This document shows positions 8,801 through 16,873 of a DNA stretch of 64,000 nucleotides, one piece after another. The translations under genes and the position numbers were made by a program. The notes under the pieces are model-generated. The model was given only the letters and a program-made list of their open reading frames with translations. It was not told the DNA's origin and did not search any database. Numbering within the stretch: position 1 is the first letter of the stretch; the number at the start of each line of letters is the position of its first letter. Source of the stretch: Pyrinomonadaceae bacterium (lineage in GTDB: Bacteria; Acidobacteriota; Blastocatellia; Pyrinomonadales; Pyrinomonadaceae). The stretch lies in contig JBFWPK010000014.1 of the NCBI GenBank assembly GCA_050250045.1, positions 20,841 through 84,840 on the forward strand, written 5' to 3'.

Positions 8801-11491
8801 TCGGAGTTTAGACCAGTAAACGGTCTCCGTCGGTTCGCCCGCCGCGTTTACCCGGTAAGGATTCGAAGTCTTCTCAACCCGGCCGAAGCTGTCATATTTT
8901 ACCTGCGACATAACGTCGCCTTGCAGGTCCTTCGTACGCGTCTTCCGGACCCGGCCGATATTGTCGTAAAACGTCGTTGTTTCCGCCCAGTTGTTTCCGT
9001 CGATCTGCTGCCGTGATTTGACCCAAGTGCTGTCGGGAGCACTCGACGTATTCGGCACGTCGTTGTAGGCAAATTCAGACACACTCCCGCCCGGTGGAGG
9101 TGTGATCTTCTTCACCCGCAAGCGAGCGTCATACTCCGTCGTCGCCGTCTGCCCATTCGCATCGGTCACGGTCAGTAAAAGCCCCGTATTGAAATCGTAA
9201 GTTCTCGAAATCTCCGAACCTTGTGTCGTGCCATAAACCCCGGTCGGGTCCGGCGCCGGTGCCTTTGTTTTGGTGGGATAGGCGTATTTATAGATCGGAT
9301 CATACTCCGTCTCGATAAACCTTGTCGCATCCCCGCTCGTGTCCCAAATCTTCCGAACGTTCCCGAAATTATCAAACATCGAATGCGATTCGATCCACGT
9401 GCCCGTCTCCTGTTTCCAAGTCCGCGTCGTCGTGACATTCCCCCGAAGATTCGAGTTCGGATTTTCCCAGTTCGTGGTCGTGTAACTATTGTCGAAATAC
9501 GCCGCCTCGTCATAGACGAACTGGCTCTTGGCGAGAACTTCTTCCAGGTCGGTCGGGTTTAGGCTGCGCGTTTCAATTGGTCTCCCCAATATACCGCGCG
9601 CCTTGTAACCTGGGTCGTACGAATAGTCAGTCTCGGAAACCGCGGCAAGATCACCGGCCGTAAACAGAGAACCGATCGATTCTACCGTCCCTGATTGGGC
9701 GGCAGACAAAGTAAGAGTTTTGTAATGGTAAGCCTTAGAGCTTTTCTTGTTAAGGTGTGAAAAATACTCGAAGTCCCCAATGCCGTTCCCGTTATACTCG
9801 ACCTCTGTGAGACTAGCCAGCGCGTTTCCACTTTCAAGAATGACAGCAACCTGCTTCGAAAGCCGCACGTCAGACGGAAGTCCAACCAACGAAACAGATG
9901 TCCATCCCTTAAGCTCACGGGCCAGCAGCGTAGAATCGTCGCTGCCGAAATAGTTCGCTTCGTATTCCCTGCCCTCTAAAACCCCAAGGGCCGTCGTGCT
10001 AAAAATACTGCTACCCGCCGAACTGCCGTAGAAATGATGTGTTTGCCGGGCCAACAGATTATTTCCGTTGTTGAGGGTTTTGATCGTTCTTGTAGAGACC
10101 GGATCTATTGAAGTTGGCGCAATGGATTTGCTAATCGTCGTTCTGATCTCATACGAACTGCCGTTTCCGCCGCTCGGGTATACTCGCTTCTCCAGAACCT
10201 GTCTCGAGATCTCCGGGTAGGCACCAAAATACCCGAATGATTGCAATACACCAGTGTCTGGGCCACCCTCCAAAGAGCCGCCCCAGTCATACTCAAACGC
10301 CGAGCCAGTTGGCGTTTCGACCCTCGCCAACTCTCCGTAACTGTTGTACTTGTAACGAAACTGCCGGTCACCCGGAAACCAAACCGAGGCAACGACCTGA
10401 GGGTTGATCGGCGCAGGATCGGGACAATTTTGAACGCCGGTAGGGCAACCCAGATCGCCGAACAGCTGAACGGAACTTTTCAATGTTTCGCCTGCGCGCA
10501 AAGCACTAGCTAGGGGCGCGTACGATATTCGAATTGCCTGGCTTTGTTGGTCGAACCCCGTATAGCGGACGCGATCATGCAGGCCGTATATGCTGTCCTG
10601 GTTGTTGTAGGAAATGTCGACGACCCGACCGTTCGAATCCGTAACCTCAATTAACTTTGAATCATAGTTTGTCCCATCATAAGTGAACGTCATCCGATTT
10701 CCGTTTCGGTCCTTCATCCAGGAAACTCTTCCAATGTCGATCCGATATTGGGTACCGTTGCTCAAATACAGATATCCCGATGTCAAAAAGTACCCACCCG
10801 AGAACTGCCCGTCAGTGACGATCTGGTCGGAATTGAACCTCACCGCCGACCCGTCGTTACTGACGAACTCGGTACCCCGCGACGATGGGTAGATCGCCGT
10901 AGGATCACCCGACTGACTGCATTGAACAGTAACCGGTAGCGAAGAGGCACCGTGAATTCGGGAAACCAGATTTATTTCCGACCCATCTGCGGTAACGAAG
11001 GAAAGTTGTGTCGTTGCATATAACGTATTCTGAGATTGAGAGGGTGGGCAAAGCGGATCATCAAAATTCCCTTCTAGGGACGAGCGCCCGATCAGTTTAC
11101 CAGGCATATAACGCAACTCCTCCGGCGACCACCATGGATCACGGCTTGCGACGTTATGATCGTTGTATATACCATGCCCGTTCTCATCGATAAATTCGTC
11201 GTGACGATGTTCAAGGATCCATTGCTGGTTTACGCTGAGTGAAATTGTGTACCCGACCTCACCTCGCCCTCCAATACCGAGCAGCGGGATTGTATAGTTC
11301 ATTCGACCGTTGTAGAGGCCGATCGAACCAAAATCGCTAGCGGCGGGGTTGCCCGACGCTGGACTTAGGGCAATTGAGGCTGGCGTCGAACGGTCCGTCA
11401 TCCGAAACTGGCTATAGCTATTTTCCCAAGCAGTCAGGAAAATGAGTGTTCCTATCAGGCTATGGCAAAGGATTTGTGTTCTGCTCAACAT
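5888..11491 (-). CDS. RHS repeat protein with signal peptide and C-terminal polymorphic toxin (AHH-like nuclease candidate)
   Basis: 1867 aa. N-terminal signal-like segment (LIGTLIFLTAWENSYSQ). Dozens of YD/RHS repeats. RHS-associated core ending in NPVNYADPSGL (codons at 6824-6838). The 315-aa tip contains KDAHHTIQ...GVHLP...PHN. Confidence 0.95.
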   Translation of the reverse strand: MLSRTQILCHSLIGTLIFLTAWENSYSQFRMTDRSTPASIALSPASGNPAASDFGSIGLYNGRMNYTIPLLGIGGRGEVGYTISLSVNQQWILEHRHDEFIDENGHGIYNDHNVASRDPWWSPEELRYMPGKLIGRSSLEGNFDDPLCPPSQSQNTLYATTQLSFVTADGSEINLVSRIHGASSLPVTVQCSQSGDPTAIYPSSRGTEFVSNDGSAVRFNSDQIVTDGQFSGGYFLTSGYLYLSNGTQYRIDIGRVSWMKDRNGNRMTFTYDGTNYDSKLIEVTDSNGRVVDISYNNQDSIYGLHDRVRYTGFDQQSQAIRISYAPLASALRAGETLKSSVQLFGDLGCPTGVQNCPDPAPINPQVVASVWFPGDRQFRYKYNSYGELARVETPTGSAFEYDWGGSLEGGPDTGVLQSFGYFGAYPEISRQVLEKRVYPSGGNGSSYEIRTTISKSIAPTSIDPVSTRTIKTLNNGNNLLARQTHHFYGSSAGSSIFSTTALGVLEGREYEANYFGSDDSTLLARELKGWTSVSLVGLPSDVRLSKQVAVILESGNALASLTEVEYNGNGIGDFEYFSHLNKKSSKAYHYKTLTLSAAQSGTVESIGSLFTAGDLAAVSETDYSYDPGYKARGILGRPIETRSLNPTDLEEVLAKSQFVYDEAAYFDNSYTTTNWENPNSNLRGNVTTTRTWKQETGTWIESHSMFDNFGNVRKIWDTSGDATRFIETEYDPIYKYAYPTKTKAPAPDPTGVYGTTQGSEISRTYDFNTGLLLTVTDANGQTATTEYDARLRVKKITPPPGGSVSEFAYNDVPNTSSAPDSTWVKSRQQIDGNNWAETTTFYDNIGRVRKTRTKDLQGDVMSQVKYDSFGRVEKTSNPYRVNAAGEPTETVYWSKLRYDHQSRVVETYAPAPEGQTGISLGTVQFGISDLTGLIGTYVVATDASGRKSRAISGIYGLMRVDEATAKGGSAEQDLGTLANPTQPTFYSYNVKGELVKIAQGGQNRFFMYDSLGRLIKVRQPEQTPNSNLATTGNPDNNEWTAAYTYDDFGNVLSVTDAKNITITNLYDKASRPVKRTYSDGTPQVEFFYDGKGLPSTPAFSRGALTKVTSTVSEDRFTSFDNHGRLLASEQITDGQTYGFTYKYNLSGGLIEQTYPSGRLVRNFLDSDGGLSAVATKTATGMMNPLASDFDYSATGAVRKMKLGNGLWETAVFDELNQLKQVGLGTSQTNNDLFKIDYEYGELNADGVTVDTAKNIGMIAKTTTTIPTTSFVQTFKYDAINRLTEAVEKTGTTQNWVQTFGYDRYGNRTQFSQTVGSTQLPINNLTHPTIDQTNNRFTTGQGYVYDFNGNLILDAQNRSFVFNGDDKQTEIRDLNVQPPPENPDANVIGRYSYDGSGARVKKVTATETTIFVYDAGGALAAEYSTVVAPAEEAETSYLTTDHLGSPRVITDASGQVIARRDFMPFGEEIGVGVGARSESLKYSVAGTDRVRKRFTGYEKDDETGLDFAEARMYQNRHGRFTAPDPLLASASAVNPQTFNRYIYTGNDPVNYADPSGLSWCRSNSGATTFTGVGKPCPTDTEKDKWANVDGEAVTLSGGDWSDVGGQVGDYGTLNRNGSFTPLVPASRSADLAPEKGVQVRAEQEAISSAPAAEISSNIAPRGALPLPCESCGGGSPLWSNTLADAAAAAPGLQTVEDIKDAARLLQLVPGANVAATAVVILVTSGQANGGEALSELPNLIPGVKWFRKADKAMDSISALKNAGFKDAHHTIQHAAVKNLPGYSKNAAPGVHLPGPPNLAGTPHNIATSVQRQRGGGTYGAERRIGYKALRKAGLSRSEARNAINKADAYFGGLGVNKTTPTRIPGNRR

Positions 11492-11569
11492 AGACTAAAC
11501 CTCACAATAGACTCGAATCTGAATAGTAGCGTTCATGTCGGATGTGGCTCCATCCGACCTTCTTGCCGA

Positions 11570-12703
11570 CTATCTCCTAAAAAACGCTGGCACCGGGATA
11601 TCTCCTGATTGGCCCCAGGTTACGGTGCGTTGGGAGTAGTTGCTGGCGGACTGGACGATGTACCAGGTGCCGGTTGAGGGGCGCCAGATGGAGTAGTCGC
11701 AGCGGGCGTCGCCGTCGTAGTCGTTGGGGACGGGGATATCGCCGGACTGGCCCCAGGAGATGGGCGTGGCCGGGTAGGTGCCGCTTATGCTTGAGCGGAT
11801 GTACCATTTGCCGTGGGCGGAGTCATAGACGGCGTGGTCGGCGCGGCCGTCGCCGTCGTAGTCGGAGCTGACGGTTGCCCACGTCGCTCCCGATGGGTTG
11901 AAGTTCGGCTGGATGGTGGCCGTAGAACCGTCGGCGCTGTGCTTTACGCGAAAGGTTCGGTCCGACGGGCGAAAGACGCCGAGGTCGGCGCGGCCGTCGC
12001 CGTCGTAATCGGCGGGGGCCGGGATGTCGCCTGCCGTGCTTTGAGAGTTATCGGTGTAGTAACCGGCGGTGCTTGCGTGGATATACCATGTGCCGTTCGT
12101 CGGCCGGAACACGGCCTCGTCGGTCTTGCCGTCGCCGTCATAGTCGGCCGCGGCCATCAGGTCGCCCGATCCGCCGAATTGGTATGTGTAGAACAGGCCC
12201 GTGCTGCTGTGGATCACGTACCAGGTAAAGTTCGACGGCCGCCAGACGGAATAATCGGTTGTGCCGTCGCCGTCGTAATCGCCGGGCACCGGAACGTCGC
12301 CGGGCTCGCCCCACGCCTGGGTTGCCCAGGACGAACCGGTCGCGGGATTGTACACGTACCAGATGCCTGACGAAGGACGCCAGATCGCAAGGTCGGCCGG
12401 CGGTGCGGCCGTCGCGTTCTTGTCTTCCACCGCCAATAGCCGCGACCCGGCGTAGACGTACTCTTTCGAAAGCTGCGGTGTGGACGAAGGCGGCGGCACC
12501 GCCATCGGGTTCCACGAACTCGGAGCGTTCTTTGCAATTTCCTGTCCAAACCAGCCGTACCGCTTCCCGCTGAACGGATCAGTTCGTGGAAACCAGCCGT
12601 TTGAGGCAAATACGCCCAGAGTGATCAATATCACAACGGCGGATGCGGCAATTCCGTAGAGAAGCCTGCGGCGGCTTTCGGGGTTAGACGGGTGCAAGGG
12701 CAT
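11570..12703 (-). CDS. FG-GAP/VCBS-repeat protein with N-terminal transmembrane anchor
   Basis: 377 aa. TM helix (LLYGIAASAVVILITLGVFA). Five or six repeats of GDxPVPxDYDGDGxxDxxVWRPSxGxWY. Confidence 0.85.
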   Translation of the reverse strand: MPLHPSNPESRRRLLYGIAASAVVILITLGVFASNGWFPRTDPFSGKRYGWFGQEIAKNAPSSWNPMAVPPPSSTPQLSKEYVYAGSRLLAVEDKNATAAPPADLAIWRPSSGIWYVYNPATGSSWATQAWGEPGDVPVPGDYDGDGTTDYSVWRPSNFTWYVIHSSTGLFYTYQFGGSGDLMAAADYDGDGKTDEAVFRPTNGTWYIHASTAGYYTDNSQSTAGDIPAPADYDGDGRADLGVFRPSDRTFRVKHSADGSTATIQPNFNPSGATWATVSSDYDGDGRADHAVYDSAHGKWYIRSSISGTYPATPISWGQSGDIPVPNDYDGDARCDYSIWRPSTGTWYIVQSASNYSQRTVTWGQSGDIPVPAFFRR

Positions 12704-12905
12704 GGGATACTCCTTAAGCTAAGTTGTTAGAACTTGTCGGGAAATTTGATGGGGCGAGAGTAGCATCGTCGGATACGTCCCGGCAAGCCCGGTATGGACA
12801 TAAGCCGGGTGGTCGGGCGATAAGACGCTCGGATCGAGGCAAATGCTGGGATCTGTTGGACCTAAGCTGGCCACTGTGCGGCGCTGCCTTGAGAAAGTAC
12901 GGCTA

Positions 12906-13136
12906 AGAGTGGTCACCTTCAGGCGCAGAGTGACGACTTTCAGGCCCAGAGTGACGACTCTCAGGCCCAGAGTGACGACTCTCAGGCTCAGAGCGACGAC
13001 TCTCAGGCTCAGAGTGACGACTCTCAGGCTCAGAGTGGTCAGTCTCACGCTCAGAGTGACAACTCTCACGCTCAGAGTGGTCAGTCTCGGGCCCAGAGTG
13101 ACGACTCTCAGGCCCAGAGTGACTGTTCTACCAGGC
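12906..13136. repeat. tandem array, 11 units of exactly 21 bp (consensus AGAGTGACGACTCTCAGGCCC)
   Basis: Counted directly. Most units contain the palindrome AGAGT-GACG-ACTCT plus a 7-bp linker. Both strands read as open heptad-repeat ORFs, which is an artefact. Confidence 0.9.
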
Positions 13137-13562
13137 GCGGGACGCATTGGCGGTGGGCCGTGTTCTGTGTCTCTGTAAAAAGTTGTTGCGCAAGACCGTC
13201 AAACTATGCGAAATTAGACATGGCTCAAGAGCGGGCCGCGGACATGTTGGATATATCCGCCTCCTGTCTGCCGGCGGGCGGCTTCAAAATTGCCGCCTGG
13301 TCGAGATTCCTTCCTTAATAACCGCGCATTTTCGGTTAGACACCGAACTCAATCTCAGATCTAACGGGCTTGATCGGCTTCAGACCCTCCGTTATCGCGC
13401 ACTGCGCTCAAACGAGGTCTGTCGATCGACCGCACTTCGAGGGCCGATTGGCGAACTGGCGTTCCGAGCTTCACAGGCTTCTGGTTCTTTGTCGCTTAAG
13501 CTTCTGTGACCGGGCACGCCTGTTCATTACAAGCTTTAAGAAAGCTAAGGAAAAGAAAACTT

Positions 13563-14270
13563 ATGCAGCCATCTAATAAATGGTTTCCTGTGCCGCTCCA
13601 AGAGCGGGCGGCGTGGTTTCAGAATTTTGCGGCGCAGTTCAATCAGATCGGGACCGGGCTTGGGTTTCTGCCGTCCGTATTGACGCAGGTGCAGAACGAC
13701 AACACGGACTTTCAGTTCTGCGCGGACCAGACGGTCGAGGTCGAGGCGTTCGCCAAGGCGTTTCGGCTGTATCGGCAGACGGTGACCGAGGGCCACGTCG
13801 GCGACCCGGCCCCGCAGTACCCGACAAATCCTTCGGCGGCGCCGCCGAGCCAGGTGCCGACCGGCATCTTTGAGCGGCTGGACGATCTCGTCAAACAGAT
13901 CCGAGTCGCCAACACGTACACGCCCGAGATCGGAGCCCTTCTCGGGATAATCCCGGCACCGCCAGGCAACCTTATCCCGCCCGACGAACTCCAGCCGACG
14001 CTCAAGGCGACGACTCTGCCGGGTTCGGTGGTGCAGGTCAAGTTTGTCCGCGGCAGCACCAACGGCGTGATGATCGAAATGAAGCTCGACAACGCGGTTT
14101 CGTGGTCGGATGCGGGCAAGTTCTACTCGTCGCCCGCCCAACTGACAGTCCCTGAAAACGCCGAGAATCTCCCGCGCTCGGTCCAACTCCGCGCCAGATA
14201 TGTCGAAGGCAACGGCCCCGTCGGCCTTTACTCCGATATAGTCGCCACGGTGACGCTCCCGCAAGCCTAG
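13563..14270 (+). CDS. hypothetical protein
   Basis: ATG at 13563 (MQPSNKWFPVPLQERAAWFQNF...) preceded by AGGAAAAGAAAA. 235 aa, no recognised family. The C-terminal half looks like a beta-sandwich. Confidence 0.6.
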   Translation: MQPSNKWFPVPLQERAAWFQNFAAQFNQIGTGLGFLPSVLTQVQNDNTDFQFCADQTVEVEAFAKAFRLYRQTVTEGHVGDPAPQYPTNPSAAPPSQVPTGIFERLDDLVKQIRVANTYTPEIGALLGIIPAPPGNLIPPDELQPTLKATTLPGSVVQVKFVRGSTNGVMIEMKLDNAVSWSDAGKFYSSPAQLTVPENAENLPRSVQLRARYVEGNGPVGLYSDIVATVTLPQA

Positions 14271-14295
14271 CTCGCCGGTTTTGCCTGAAACACTA

Positions 14296-14336
14296 AAACA
14301 GCCGCCCGGCCGTGTTGGCCTTGCGGCTGTTTTGTT
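14296..14336. terminator. bidirectional stem-loop between convergent genes
   Basis: ACAGCCGC (14298-14305) pairs with GCGGCTGT (14323-14330). A-run upstream and TTTGTT downstream. Confidence 0.5.
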
Positions 14337-14349
14337 CGCTGGGCGAAGC

Positions 14350-14697
14350 TTAGTTAAAGCTGCTGAGCGCGGTTGCCTCGTCTTCGTAAACGTCAAAGAC
14401 GGTGAGCAGCTTTGTGATGGCCAGCAGGTCCTGGATCTTTTGGGTCAGGTTGAGAAGCTTGAGCGTGCCGCCCTCTTTGTTGACGGCGGTGAAGCTCGAG
14501 ACGAGCTCGCCGATACCGCTCGAGTCGATGTAGCCGACGCCGCCGAGGTTCATAAGGATCTTGTTCTTGCCGTCGCCCAGCAGCCGGCGGATGGCGCTCC
14601 GCAGGGCCACGCTGCCTTCGCCGATCGTTACCTTGCCGTCAAGATCAAGGATCGTAACATCGCCCGCCTGGCGTTCCGAAATAGTGATATCAGCCAT
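14350..14697 (-). CDS. STAS-domain anti-sigma-factor antagonist (RsbV/SpoIIAA-like)
   Basis: [28 protein letters not shown]...[14 protein letters not shown] at 14697. The longer ORF extension runs through repeats and is rejected. Confidence 0.9.
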   Translation of the reverse strand: MADITISERQAGDVTILDLDGKVTIGEGSVALRSAIRRLLGDGKNKILMNLGGVGYIDSSGIGELVSSFTAVNKEGGTLKLLNLTQKIQDLLAITKLLTVFDVYEDEATALSSFN

Positions 14698-14764
14698 TTT
14701 TGTCTCCTGTAAGTAATTGCTTCGAATGCAGATTTTAGAACAAAGTACCGTTAAATGTCCACGT

Positions 14765-14947
14765 GTCAGTACCGTCGGCGGTAGCCGATGGTTGAAAGTG
14801 CCGCCAGTATAAGTTTGCGAATCGTCAGGGGGCGGCGTTAAACCAGCGGCTACTGCCGCCGATACTGACAAGCGTAAAACCAGCGGCTACCGCCGCCGGT
14901 ACTGACAAGCGTTAAACCAGCGGCTACCGCCGCCGGTACTGACAAGT
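14765..14947. repeat. repeat family A-prime: one inverted copy (14765-14793) plus 3 tandem 37-bp copies (14837-14873, 14874-14910, 14911-14947)
   Basis: Unit is GTTAAACCAGCGGCTACCGCCGCCGGTACTGACAAGC. The inverted copy is GTCAGTACCGTCGGCGGTAGCCGATGGTT. Related to family A through the CTACCGC core and CTGAC end. Confidence 0.85.
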
Positions 14948-15357
14948 TATTGCCTTTTGGTCATCTTTACGACCATTCCGCCGCCTGCGGCGTTGTGCCA
15001 TTCGACCTCGTCCATGAATGTTTTCATAAAGAGGATGCCGCGGCCGTTTGCTTTGAGCAGGTTTGCCGGGTCGGTCGGGTCGGGGATCTCTTCGGGATGA
15101 AAGCCAGGCCCGAAGTCGCGAACGCGGATCTCGACCCCATCCGACGAATGAAGCAAGGTTACTTCTACCTGCTTGTCGGGGTCGAACTTGTTGCCGTGCT
15201 TTACGGCGTTCGCAACCGATTCGCGGACGGCCAGATCGATCGCCGAGGCAAACTCGTCACCGAGCCCGTTGTCCTTTACAAACGACTCGGCATGCATCGC
15301 CGCCTCGTCGACCGATTCGATACGGCTCGGTAATTTCAGTTCCCGTGTTTCCGACAC
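14947..15357 (-). CDS. anti-sigma regulatory factor, serine-protein kinase (RsbW/SpoIIAB-like, HATPase_c)
   Basis: 136 aa. N-box-like ESVANAVKHGN, and DFGPGF / GRGILFM G-boxes. Confidence 0.85.
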   Translation of the reverse strand: MSETRELKLPSRIESVDEAAMHAESFVKDNGLGDEFASAIDLAVRESVANAVKHGNKFDPDKQVEVTLLHSSDGVEIRVRDFGPGFHPEEIPDPTDPANLLKANGRGILFMKTFMDEVEWHNAAGGGMVVKMTKRQ

Positions 15358-15446
15358 AATTTCGTTTTGAGTTAAGTTATAGGTTAAGTTCTATTGTGTC
15401 AAGTACATTGGAACGGGGTCGCCGTTCAGTTCGAAAGGAGCCGCAT

Positions 15447-15520
15447 GCACAAGCCCGCACGAAGTAAGGGCGATATGTCCAACGTCCTAGATATCGCCCT
15501 TACTTCGTTCGGGCTTATGC
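15447..15520. repeat. family C palindromic element (about 74 bp)
   Basis: GCACAAGCCCGCACGAAGTAAGGGCGATAT ... ATATCGCCCTTACTTCGTTCGGGCTTATGC, a near-perfect inverted repeat in the divergent intergenic region. Confidence 0.85.
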
Positions 15521-15571
15521 AAGAAGTGCCAGGTGAAAGCGCGCATTGGATCGTGAAGAGGCCCATACAAT

Positions 15572-16849
15572 ATGAAGTTACGAGGCGAAATAATTTTGCC
15601 CGGGGATAAGTCGATCTCGCATCGAGCGGCGATACTTGGGGCGTTGAGTGACGGCGATCTGGCGGTCACCAATTTTGGGTCGAGCGCCGATTGTGCCGCT
15701 ACCGTGGACGTCCTGCGCGAGCTCGGCGTCGAGATCGACCGCGACGGCGGGCGGCTTTCTATCCGCGGCGTCGGCAAAGACGGGCTGCGGCGGCCCGAGC
15801 GCGAGTTGAACTGCGAGAACAGCGGCACCACGATGCGGCTGATGGCGGGCGTGCTCGCGGGGCAGGACTTTGCGTCGGTGCTGGTCGGCGATGAGTCGCT
15901 GCAGAAGCGGCCGATGCGGCGGGTAATGGACCCGCTGATCGCGATGGGCGCGGATGTTCGCGGAACTGACGGTCACGCCCCGCTGACGGTCATCGGTCGG
16001 CGGCCGCTTCGGGCCATCGAATATGAGCCAGTCGCCGCTTCGGCCCAGTTGAAATCGTGCGTGCTGCTCGCTGGGTTGAACGCCGACGGGGAAACGTCCG
16101 TTCTCGAACGAACGCCGACCCGTGATCATACCGAGCGGATGCTGCGATGGCTCGGTGCCGATGTACGCGAAGAACCCGGAACCGAAGGCGTGCGCATCTC
16201 CGTGTCGGGTGACGCCCGGCTGCACGCCCGCGACATTCATGTGCCGTCCGATCTTTCGTCGGCCGCCTTCTTTATTGTCGCCGCGGGATTGTTGGACGGG
16301 TCGGAGATCTCCATGCCCGGCGTTGGCGTCAACGGGTCGCGGCGGGCGGTGGTCGATGTGCTTCAGCAGATCGGCGTGGACGTCCGCATCGAGAACGAGC
16401 GGAGCGTGTGCAACGAGCCTGTCGCCGATCTGACGGTCCACGGCCGCGGCGGGATCTCGTCCGCCGGCCGGAATCTCCTGAGCGGCGGCGTCATCGCAAA
16501 CCTGATCGACGAGATCCCGATCCTTGCCATCGCCGGAACGCAGATCGAAGGCGGCCTCGAGGTGAGGGATGCGGGCGAACTGCGGATCAAGGAGTCCGAC
16601 AGGATCGCCGCGGTCGTCGGCAACCTGCGGCTGATGGGCGGCGAGGCCGAGGAGTTTGAGGACGGCTTTCGGGTCGGCCGGTCGGATCTGCACGGCGCGA
16701 AGGTCGATTCGTTCGGCGATCATCGGATAGCGATGGCGTTCGCGGTCGCGGCACTTTTTGCCGAGGGCGAGACCGAGATCGCCGGTGCCGACTGCGCCGC
16801 TGTTTCGTTTCCCGCCTTCTACGAGGAACTTGAGCGGGTGAAGTGCTGA
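15572..16849 (+). CDS. aroA: 3-phosphoshikimate 1-carboxyvinyltransferase (EPSP synthase)
   Basis: 425 aa. LPGDKSISHRAAILGAL, NSGTTMRL, and DHRIAMAFAVAAL motifs. Confidence 0.95.
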   Translation: MKLRGEIILPGDKSISHRAAILGALSDGDLAVTNFGSSADCAATVDVLRELGVEIDRDGGRLSIRGVGKDGLRRPERELNCENSGTTMRLMAGVLAGQDFASVLVGDESLQKRPMRRVMDPLIAMGADVRGTDGHAPLTVIGRRPLRAIEYEPVAASAQLKSCVLLAGLNADGETSVLERTPTRDHTERMLRWLGADVREEPGTEGVRISVSGDARLHARDIHVPSDLSSAAFFIVAAGLLDGSEISMPGVGVNGSRRAVVDVLQQIGVDVRIENERSVCNEPVADLTVHGRGGISSAGRNLLSGGVIANLIDEIPILAIAGTQIEGGLEVRDAGELRIKESDRIAAVVGNLRLMGGEAEEFEDGFRVGRSDLHGAKVDSFGDHRIAMAFAVAALFAEGETEIAGADCAAVSFPAFYEELERVKC

Positions 16850-16873
16850 CCGGCTGCGATCGTGCGATGAACA

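Noticed and set aside
10625-10645. tRNA-like GTTCGAATCC string
   Set aside because: It lies inside the RHS coding frame with no acceptor or anticodon arm context. I could not support any tRNA, rRNA, tmRNA or RNase P gene anywhere in the window.
5888-12703. Type VI secretion association of the RHS protein
   Set aside because: There are no PAAR, VgrG, Hcp or Tss genes in the window, and the RHS N-terminus looks like a Sec signal. It cannot be excluded genome-wide, so it is not called.
12719-13178. ORFs of 142 aa (minus) and 111 aa (plus) with LRVVTLS / RVTTLRP heptads
   Set aside because: Both strands are open only because a 21-bp unit without stops is repeated 11 times. There is no start context, and the non-repeat parts are compositionally non-coding.
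13545-14396. 283-aa minus-strand ORF
   Set aside because: It is antisense to the better-supported plus-strand gene 13563-14270 (RBS-like AGGAAAAG, sensible composition). It is arginine-rich junk.
14698-14871. N-terminal extension of the STAS gene
   Set aside because: It reads through repeat copies. The canonical STAS start MADITIS with ATG is at 14697.
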